NCBI GenBank assembly: GCA_965219085.1
Contig: OZ244720.1
Coordinates: forward strand, 2,016,001-2,080,000
Direction: 5' to 3'
DNA from: Dehalococcoidia bacterium
GTDB lineage: Bacteria > Chloroflexota > Dehalococcoidia > UBA2979
DNA: 64,000 nucleotides
Positions within the stretch are counted from its first letter, which is position 1; each line of letters begins with the position of its first letter. The notes beneath the pieces were generated by a model. The model had not been told where the DNA came from and ran no database searches. It saw nothing but the letters and a program-made list of their open reading frames with translations. The position numbers and the translations under genes were made by a program. Below, piece by piece: positions 56,999 to 64,000 of this stretch.

Positions 56999-59900
56999 GT
57001 GGCACGTGGGCGCCGCGACCAGCAGCCCGGCTACATGGAGCGCTGGGACGAGTTCGAGGCCCGGCAGGCGCGCGCCCAGAAGGACACGCCGCGCTCGCGC
57101 GCGCCTCGCGACCCCGTGGGGACCCTCGGCGCCGACGTGCTCGACGCCGTCCCCTACGTCGAGCTGCACCTGCACAGCCACTACTCGCTGCTCGACGGTG
57201 CCTCGAGCCCCGATGAGCTCGTGCGGACGGCCGTCGAGCAGGGCCACGCGGCGCTCGCCCTCACCGACCACGACGGCATGTTCGGGGCGATGGAGTTCGC
57301 CCGCGCCGCCCGCGCCGAGGGGCTGCGCCCCATCACCGGCCTCGAACTGACCGTCTCCGAGCCCGCGACCGAACACGACGCTGTCAGCGTCGTTGGCAAG
57401 GGGGACGAGGCCGGCGAGGTGCGCTCGCACCTCACGCTGCTGGCCGAGACGCGTGAGGGCTACGCCAACCTCTGCCGCCTCTCCAGCCTCGCGTTCGGGC
57501 TGGGCGAGACCGACCGCCGCGCGCGGGAGGCGCGTCGCGTCGACCCCGTGGTGCCGCTGGCCGCGCTCGAACGCCACGCGGCCGGGCTGATCGTGCTCAC
57601 CGGCTGCCGCGAGGGGCGCATCCCGGCCCTCGTGCAGGCCGGGCGCGGGACCGAGGCGTCCGACGCGCTGGGGCGCCTCGTCGGCTGGTTCGGGGCGGAG
57701 CAGGTCTTCGTCGAGCTACAGGACAACGACGTCCACGGCGACCGCCCGCGCAACGAGGCGCTCGTGCGGCTCGCCGAGCGGGCCGGCGTGGGCGTTGTCG
57801 GCACCGGCAACGTGCACTACCACGCGCGCGAGCGGCACCGGCTGCAGGACGTGCTGGTCGCGATCCGCCACCGCTCGACCCTCGACGAATCTCACGCCGA
57901 GCGCCGTCCCAACGCCGAGTTCTGGCTGCGCAGTCCCGAGGAGCAGGCCGAGCGCTTCGCTCGCTACCACCCCGAGGCGGCGGCGAACAGCGTGCGCATC
58001 GCGCGGCGCTGCGGCTTCGACCTCACCGGCGACCTCGGCTACCGGCTGCCCGCGCCCCCGCTGCCCGAGGGCGCCACGCCGCTCGGCGAGCTCGAGCGCA
58101 TCTGTCGCGAACGCCTGGGCGATCGCTACCGCTCGCCGTCGGAGCGCGCGAAGGCCGAGGCGCAACTCGTCGAGGAGCTGCGGCTGATCGAGCTGCACGA
58201 CCTCGCCGGCTTCTTCCTCATCTATCACGAGGTATTCGAGCTGGCGCAGGAGGTGGCCCACGACGTGCGCGCGGCCGGCATCGCGCGCGGGCTCACCGAC
58301 CTGCCGCCCGGCCGCGGCCGCGGCTCCTCGGTCTCCTCGATCGTCTGCTACCTGATCGGGCTCTCGCACATCGACCCGATCCACCACGGGCTCTTCATCG
58401 GGCGCTTCCTCAACGAGGAGATGGACTCGCTGCCCGACATCGACCTCGACTTCCCGCGCGACATCCGCGCCGAGCTGATCGAGCGCGTGCACGCGCGCTG
58501 GGGCCGCGAGCACGCCGCGCTCGTCGCCAGCTTCGCCACCTACCGCACGCGCGGCGCGATCCGCGACGCCGGCAAGGCGCTCGGCCTGCCCGTCGCCGAG
58601 CTCGACCGCCTTGCCCGCCGCGCCGGGCCGTTCGAGGGCCCCGAGCAGATCCTCGAGGTGCTCGGGAAGGATCCGCAGTTCGGCGGCCCTCAGTCTGGGA
58701 GCCCACGGTCCGGGGGCGGGGCCGTCGCCCGCGGCTGGCGCGAGCTGGCCGAGATCGTGCCGCAGCTGATCGGCGTCCCGCGCCACCTCTCGCAGCACCC
58801 CGGGGGCATGGTGATCGCCTCGGAGCCGCTCATCGACTGCGTGCCGTGCCAGCCGGCGGCGATGCCGAACCGCTACCTCTGCCACTGGGACAAGGACTCG
58901 ATCGGCGACGCGCGGATGGTGAAGATCGACTTCCTCGGGCTCGGCATGCTCTCCGTCGTCGAGGAGACCGTCGACCTCATCGCCGCCGGGCGCGGCCGCG
59001 TCGTCGACCTCACGCGCATCGACTTCGAGGACGAGGCGGTGTTCGACACGATCTGCCAGGGCGACACTGTCGGCGTCTTCCAGATCGAGTCGCGCGCGCA
59101 GATCGCCATGCTGCCGCGTACGCAGCCCCGCAGCCTCGAGGACCTCACCGTGCAGGTCTCGATCGTGCGGCCGGGGCCGATCGTCGGCGGCGCGGTGAAC
59201 CCCTACGTGCGCCGACGCGAGCAGCAGCGCCGTAACCCTCGCTACCGCCCGGCGATGCCGCACGAGTGTGTGCGCGAGGTGCTGGACGAGACGCTAGGCG
59301 TGGTGATCTTCCAGGAGCAGGTGCTGCAGGTCGCGCGCCACATGGGCGGTTTCACCGCCGGCGAAGCCGACCGCTTCCGCCGCTCGCTCGGGCGTCGACG
59401 CGCGCACGAGGAGCTCGACGCCTGGCACGAGCGCTTCCTCGACGGCGCCGAGGAGCGCGGCGTGGGGCGCGCGGTGGCGGAGCGCGTCTTCGGCAACCTG
59501 GCGGGGTTCGCGGAATTTGGCTTCCCGAAGAGCCACGGCGCGGCCTTCGGCCTGCTCGCCTACCAGTCGACCTGGCTCAAGCAGTACTACGCCCCCGAGT
59601 TCATGTGCGCGCTGTTCAACCAGCAGCCGATGGGCTTCTACCCGCCGCACGTGCTCACCAACGACGCGAAGCGCCACGGCGTCCCCGTCGAGCGGCCCGA
59701 CATCAACGCGAGCGGCGCGCGCTGCACCGTCGAGCTGCCCGAGGGCGCGATCCGCGTCGGCCTCGGCTACGTGCGCGGCGTCGGCCCCGCGCTGGCCGAG
59801 CGCGTCGAGGCGGAGCGCGAGCGCGGCGGCGAGTACCAATCGCTGTTCGGCTTCGTGCAGCGCACGGGGCTGGGCCGGCGGGCGACCTCGCGCCTCATCC

Positions 59901-60505
59901 GCGCCGGGGCGTTCGACGGCCTCGGGCTGCAGCGCCGCGAGCTGCTGTGGCAGCTCGGGCTGTTCACGGGGGATCCGACCGGGAAGGCCGCGATTGCGCC
60001 GGCGGTGGCAGCGTCGGAGGCCGAGGGGCGCCAGTTGCGGCTCGAGCTGCCGACCGGGCAGGACATGGTGGCCCTGCCCGACCTCGGCGAACGCGAGCGC
60101 ATGGCCGCCGACTACGACCTGCTCGGCCTCTCGCCCGACCGCCACCCGATGCAGTTCCTGCGCCGCTCGCTCGGCGAGGGCGTCGCGTCCAGCCGCCACC
60201 TGCACACGCTGCCGGCGGGCCGCACGGTCGAGGTGGCGGGGTTGGTGGTCTGCCGCCAGCGCCCGCTCACCGCGCGCGGCATCATCTTCCTGCTGCTCGA
60301 GGACGAGTACGGCCTGATGAACATCCTGATCCCGCGCGAGCTCACCGAGTCGCGTCGCGACGTGGTGCGCATGGCCCCCTTCGTGCGCGCTCGCGGCACC
60401 CTCGACGAGCGTACGGGCGTGCAGCGCACGCTCGTCGCCGAGGGCGTCGAGGAGGTGGCGCCGGCGGAGCCGTGGCGGATGCCGTCGGGGAAGTCGTGGG
60501 CGTGA
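56999..60505 (+). CDS. dnaE2: Error-prone DNA polymerase III alpha (DnaE2/ImuC)
   Basis: PHP domain HLHSHYSLLDG, GRGSS, PDIDLD, SQHPGG, QIESRAQ, GFPKSH, QPMGFY. Start set at GTG 56999 (SD GAGGGGG) because GTG 56957 lies inside the operator. Confidence 0.95.
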   Translation: MARGRRDQQPGYMERWDEFEARQARAQKDTPRSRAPRDPVGTLGADVLDAVPYVELHLHSHYSLLDGASSPDELVRTAVEQGHAALALTDHDGMFGAMEFARAARAEGLRPITGLELTVSEPATEHDAVSVVGKGDEAGEVRSHLTLLAETREGYANLCRLSSLAFGLGETDRRAREARRVDPVVPLAALERHAAGLIVLTGCREGRIPALVQAGRGTEASDALGRLVGWFGAEQVFVELQDNDVHGDRPRNEALVRLAERAGVGVVGTGNVHYHARERHRLQDVLVAIRHRSTLDESHAERRPNAEFWLRSPEEQAERFARYHPEAAANSVRIARRCGFDLTGDLGYRLPAPPLPEGATPLGELERICRERLGDRYRSPSERAKAEAQLVEELRLIELHDLAGFFLIYHEVFELAQEVAHDVRAAGIARGLTDLPPGRGRGSSVSSIVCYLIGLSHIDPIHHGLFIGRFLNEEMDSLPDIDLDFPRDIRAELIERVHARWGREHAALVASFATYRTRGAIRDAGKALGLPVAELDRLARRAGPFEGPEQILEVLGKDPQFGGPQSGSPRSGGGAVARGWRELAEIVPQLIGVPRHLSQHPGGMVIASEPLIDCVPCQPAAMPNRYLCHWDKDSIGDARMVKIDFLGLGMLSVVEETVDLIAAGRGRVVDLTRIDFEDEAVFDTICQGDTVGVFQIESRAQIAMLPRTQPRSLEDLTVQVSIVRPGPIVGGAVNPYVRRREQQRRNPRYRPAMPHECVREVLDETLGVVIFQEQVLQVARHMGGFTAGEADRFRRSLGRRRAHEELDAWHERFLDGAEERGVGRAVAERVFGNLAGFAEFGFPKSHGAAFGLLAYQSTWLKQYYAPEFMCALFNQQPMGFYPPHVLTNDAKRHGVPVERPDINASGARCTVELPEGAIRVGLGYVRGVGPALAERVEAERERGGEYQSLFGFVQRTGLGRRATSRLIRAGAFDGLGLQRRELLWQLGLFTGDPTGKAAIAPAVAASEAEGRQLRLELPTGQDMVALPDLGERERMAADYDLLGLSPDRHPMQFLRRSLGEGVASSRHLHTLPAGRTVEVAGLVVCRQRPLTARGIIFLLLEDEYGLMNILIPRELTESRRDVVRMAPFVRARGTLDERTGVQRTLVAEGVEEVAPAEPWRMPSGKSWA

Positions 60506-60583
60506 TCCGGCGGCGGTGGGGCGAGTCTCCAACTGGTTGATGCGGGCGTACGGCCGTGCCGCCCCCTGTATGCTCTCGCTCCG

Positions 60584-62713
60584 ATGGGCGTCGCCGCCCC
60601 TGCCACCTCGGGAGACCCCGTGCGCGACCGACGTTGTCAGAGCCTTCTACTCATAGCCCTCGTGGCGCTCGTGCTGTGCGCCGGGCTCGCGCCCGCGCGC
60701 GCCGGTGCGACCGAGGAGTCGGCTGACACAGCCGACGACGGCACGATCACGACGGTGCTACACCCCGGCTGGAACATGGTGGGCTGGGTTGGCCCGGAGA
60801 CGCCAACCTCCGAGCTCTTCGATCAGATCCCCGCGCTCGAACGCATCTACGCGTGGGACACCGAGGCCGACCGCTACCAGCGCTGGACGCGCACGCGCGA
60901 CTCCGGGAACGTTCGGCATCTGCTCACCGGCGACGGGCTCTGGCTGTACCTGGCAGGGGCTTCGCCCGTCGAGTGGGCACGCGAGGCTTCCGAGGACAGC
61001 GTGCTCCTCGACCTCCGCGCTGGTCGGAACCTTGTCGCCTGGGCTGGCCGCGACGGCACGCGGATCGAGGAGGCCACGGTTCGCTTCGGTGAGCGGCTGG
61101 TTCGCGCGTGGCGCTGGGACGCGGGGTCGCAGGCGTACGGCCTGTATCACCCGCACGCAGCCTCGAACTCGCTCACCGAACTCAATCATGGTGACGCGCT
61201 CCTGGTCGAGTTGACCGAGGACTCTCGATGGTGGCAATCGGGCACCGCTCCGCCCCCAATCGTGTTCGTTGGTGATGTGGCCGAGGATGACCAGGCTCAA
61301 GGTCGCTCGTTCGAGGACAGGGTCAGGGCTGTCTTTGCCGAACGCTGGTCTGTCGAGGCTCCTTCCACGACCTATGTCGGTGAAAGGAGCGACCTGACGG
61401 TAACGTACCAGTCGATCCGTGGTCGGCCGTTCCCGCAAGTTTGTGGGACCTACGGTCTCGGTATGATCTTCATCAGGCACGAATGCTTCGATGCGTACGT
61501 GCACGCTCACGAGTACTTTCATGCGATACAAGACCACTTGAGCGGGGGGACGTTCCTAACGACTCCACCATGGCTCTTCGAAGGAACCGCAACGTACGCT
61601 GAGCAACTCTACGTGGGAATCCATTCCGATACCGGGACCATCGGCGAGCAGCTCGATCGCTACCGGGATTGGGCCTGGTACGTGGTCGTCCGTAGCGGTC
61701 ACCCTTCACTGTCCGAAATTGGCTGGGCTGCGGCTCACCAAAGGGGCTTCCTGGCCGTCGATTGGCTTGTCAAACATTCCACCGAAGAATCCCCGATCGC
61801 GTTCTTCAGGCTGCTGCCTGACTCGGCGAACTGGGAGGAGGCATTCGAGGGCGCGTTCAGCATTGCGGTCGACGACTTCTACGAGGCGTTCGAGAAGCAC
61901 CGCGCCGAGGTCGCTCCACCCCACCCTCACCTGACGGATGGCCTCGAGGAGCCGGTGCTCGTGTTCGTGGGCGATGTTCCCGCCGACACCGAGGCTGCCA
62001 TCCGAGCAGAGTTTGATGCACTGCAGGCGTTCTTCATCGAGCGGCTCGGGGCAGGGACGGCCGACTACACCCTGTATGTCGGTGCCGACAGGGAGTCGGT
62101 GGTGGACACCCATGTACGGGTCTTCGGTACCGAACCGCACGAGAGATTCTGTTATCGCTCGATCGCCGGGATCGCGGCAGTCATCAACGTAGGCTGCCGC
62201 TCGCTAAATCCGTACGCGCTCGACTGGACGCACTTCCTCGACTGGACGCACTTCAGGGCCGTTCGCGAGGAGCTAGCGCCCCGGACTTCACTCCCACCGG
62301 TCCCAGAGGGGTTCGGCGGTCGAGGCCCCCATTGGCTCACAGGAGCGGCCGAGCCCTACGTGCAGCACGCGTACCGCGTTGCAAGGGGCCACGAGGAGCT
62401 CGGAGCCAGCCGGAGCGGGAACGTGGCCCAAGCCTCGCACACGGCGCGGCTACTCAGCAGCATGGCGACGCGCGACGGGTTCAACGAGGGCTTCTCGCAG
62501 TCGCGGGCGGTGGCGTTCCTCGCCGTCGAGTGGCTCGCCGAGCGTGCGGGCGACTCGTCCATTTTCGAGTACTACCGGCTGCTAGCCGACTCCGCGACCT
62601 GGCAGGACGCGTTCGAGGCCGCCTTCGGCCTCTCAGTCGACGAGTTCTACGAGGCGTTCGAGGCGCACCGCGCCGAGGTCGCACCACCGAGCGAGGGGGC
62701 CAGCTCGCCATAA
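60584..62713 (+). CDS. Secreted protein with two surface repeats and two peptidase-like domains (first has HExxH)
   Basis: Signal peptide; PGWNMVGW / AGRNLVAW repeats; AHEYFH...WLFEGTATY; duplicated W..AFE.AF...VD.FYEAFE.HRAEVAPP. Confidence 0.75.
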   Translation: MGVAAPATSGDPVRDRRCQSLLLIALVALVLCAGLAPARAGATEESADTADDGTITTVLHPGWNMVGWVGPETPTSELFDQIPALERIYAWDTEADRYQRWTRTRDSGNVRHLLTGDGLWLYLAGASPVEWAREASEDSVLLDLRAGRNLVAWAGRDGTRIEEATVRFGERLVRAWRWDAGSQAYGLYHPHAASNSLTELNHGDALLVELTEDSRWWQSGTAPPPIVFVGDVAEDDQAQGRSFEDRVRAVFAERWSVEAPSTTYVGERSDLTVTYQSIRGRPFPQVCGTYGLGMIFIRHECFDAYVHAHEYFHAIQDHLSGGTFLTTPPWLFEGTATYAEQLYVGIHSDTGTIGEQLDRYRDWAWYVVVRSGHPSLSEIGWAAAHQRGFLAVDWLVKHSTEESPIAFFRLLPDSANWEEAFEGAFSIAVDDFYEAFEKHRAEVAPPHPHLTDGLEEPVLVFVGDVPADTEAAIRAEFDALQAFFIERLGAGTADYTLYVGADRESVVDTHVRVFGTEPHERFCYRSIAGIAAVINVGCRSLNPYALDWTHFLDWTHFRAVREELAPRTSLPPVPEGFGGRGPHWLTGAAEPYVQHAYRVARGHEELGASRSGNVAQASHTARLLSSMATRDGFNEGFSQSRAVAFLAVEWLAERAGDSSIFEYYRLLADSATWQDAFEAAFGLSVDEFYEAFEAHRAEVAPPSEGASSP

Positions 62714-62731
62714 CACGTCGAGCGAGGCGCG

Positions 62732-62760
62732 TTGACGGCCGCCGCGCCCGCACGTAGCCT
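62732..62760 (+). promoter_or_regulatory. Sigma70 promoter for the T-box/trp leader
   Basis: TTGACG-N17-TAGCCT. Confidence 0.7.
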
Positions 62761-62784
62761 CGATCGCGACCGCTGGCGTATAGA

Positions 62785-63114
62785 CGCACAGACGGAGATC
62801 GGGAGGAGTACGCCGCCACGCGGGGCCCAGAGAGCCGGGGCAAGGTGGAAGCCCGGCGCCTGTCAGCAGCGGCGGAATGGACCCGTGAGTCTCGGCCCGA
62901 ACGCCCTCCATCGAACCGATCGAGGGGGCCAGTAGGCACCGACGGTGTGGGCGCCGTTATCCATGCCCAGGGCATCGCCCCCGGCCTCGAGGGCTGTCGG
63001 CCGTGCCCCGAACGAGCGCGCACCGCCGTCTCCCATCCACGGGCTTGGGGCGGCGCGCGAAACTGGGTGGCACCGCGAGGACCATCGCCCCAGGGCGGTG
63101 GTCCCCTTTTTTTG
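62785..63114 (+). ncRNA. T-box riboswitch with Trp (UGG) specifier
   Basis: AGTA, AGAGA and GGTGGAA boxes; GAA-TGG-A specifier at 62878-62880; GCCGTTA; T-box AACTGGGTGGCACCGCG at 63061-63077; GC-rich terminator with U tract; upstream of trpE. Confidence 0.93.
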
Positions 63115-63322
63115 GGAGCTACGCGGTGCTGGAGCCACGCGCTGCGGACCGGGCGCACCGGCCGCGGGGAGGAACTGACGTGCATCACCAATACACCGCG
63201 TCGACGCGCCGTGTTTCGACGACGGGCCGCGCGTGGTGGTGGCGCACCACCTCGCACCGCCTACCCCTCGCCTGCACACGGGCCGCAGGCCCCCATGCCA
63301 GCCATACCTCGGGAGCCACGCG

Positions 63323-64000
63323 ATGACCTCCGCCACCGTCAGCATCACCACGCCCAGCCTCGACGAGGTCCGCGCCCTCGCCGCATCGGGTGAGGGCAAC
63401 ATCGTCGCGATCTACCGCGAGGTCCGCGCCGACCTCGAGACGCCCGTCTCGGCGTACCTCAAGGTCGCGCGCGGGCCCTACTCGTTCCTGCTCGAGTCCG
63501 TCGAGGGCGGCGAGCAGGTCGGCCGCTACTCGTTCATCGGCACCGAGCCGTACCGCGTCGAGGCGCTCGCCCACGAGGACGGCGACCCGCTGCTCGTGAT
63601 CGAGGAGGAACTGGGCCGCTACCACTCGATCCCCGTGCCGGGGCTGCCGCTCTTCCACGGCGGCGCCGTCGGCTACCTCGGCTACGAGTCGGTCGCGCAC
63701 TTCGAGCGCCTGCCGACCGTCGATCACGACGACCTCGGGCTGCCGGAGTCGTGGCTGATGTTCGCCGACACGCTGCTCGTGTTCGACCACGTCCGCCACG
63801 ACATCAAGGTGGTCTCCCACGTCCGCCTCGACGGTCACGAGGGGGCGCTGGAGGCGGAGTACGCACGCGCCGTCGACCGCATCGAGGCGCTCGTGCAGCG
63901 GCTGGAGGCGCCGCTGGCGGCGCTGCCGTACGTGCCGCTCGACGGGCCGGTCGGGCGCGCGGTCGAGTCGAACTGGCCGCGCGAGGACTACCTGCTCGCC
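63323..64000 (+). CDS. trpE: Anthranilate synthase component I, 3'-partial
   Basis: ADLETPVSAYLK, FLLESVEGGEQVGRYSFIG, FHGGAVGYLGYE; GGGAG SD; Trp T-box upstream. Confidence 0.95.
   Translation, partial: MTSATVSITTPSLDEVRALAASGEGNIVAIYREVRADLETPVSAYLKVARGPYSFLLESVEGGEQVGRYSFIGTEPYRVEALAHEDGDPLLVIEEELGRYHSIPVPGLPLFHGGAVGYLGYESVAHFERLPTVDHDDLGLPESWLMFADTLLVFDHVRHDIKVVSHVRLDGHEGALEAEYARAVDRIEALVQRLEAPLAALPYVPLDGPVGRAVESNWPREDYLLA

Noticed and set aside
54624-62713. Diversity-generating retroelement behind the repeat variation
   Set aside because: No reverse transcriptase in the window, and differences between repeats are not confined to adenines.

Overview
High-GC (about 70% by eye), gene-dense bacterial DNA, most likely Chloroflexota (Dehalococcoidia-like). 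This placement is inferred from GAAC-N4-GTTC LexA boxes, a Trp T-box, many CaiB-type CoA-transferases and acyl-CoA dehydrogenases, and an F420-type LLM oxidoreductase. A eukaryote-like LRR protein suggests a host-associated (e.g. sponge) lifestyle, also an inference. Main contents: lepB-pyrE and a CtaG-like gene carrying probable assembly indels; two paralogous CoA-transferase pairs plus a fused version inside an acyl-CoA/steroid-like catabolic cluster (21.5-31.4 kb); an OmpR/PhoR-like two-component pair; sir-cysH; a lower-GC decaying defence-like island (31.4-37.8 kb) with a wHTH gene, a truncated GHKL ATPase, a pseudogenised NucS-like/RAMA/MGMT-like fusion and a Fic gene; duplicated dppB genes with duplicated promoters; cell-envelope genes; tyrA-aroA-gmk; a divergent SOS mutasome (imuB, dnaE2) interrupted by an LRR gene; a secreted repeat zinc peptidase; and T-box-trpE. 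The best candidates for undescribed biology are: (i) a duplicated dppC-3'end/terminator/promoter module bracketing the Fic cargo, a possible cassette-accretion hotspot; (ii) a 32-bp palindromic LexA operator-promoter, one arm of which is repeated on the other side of the LRR gene; (iii) the wHTH-GHKL pair; (iv) frequent leaderless genes and a probable CTG-initiated gene. All family and DUF names come from motif recognition and memory; no database searches were run.
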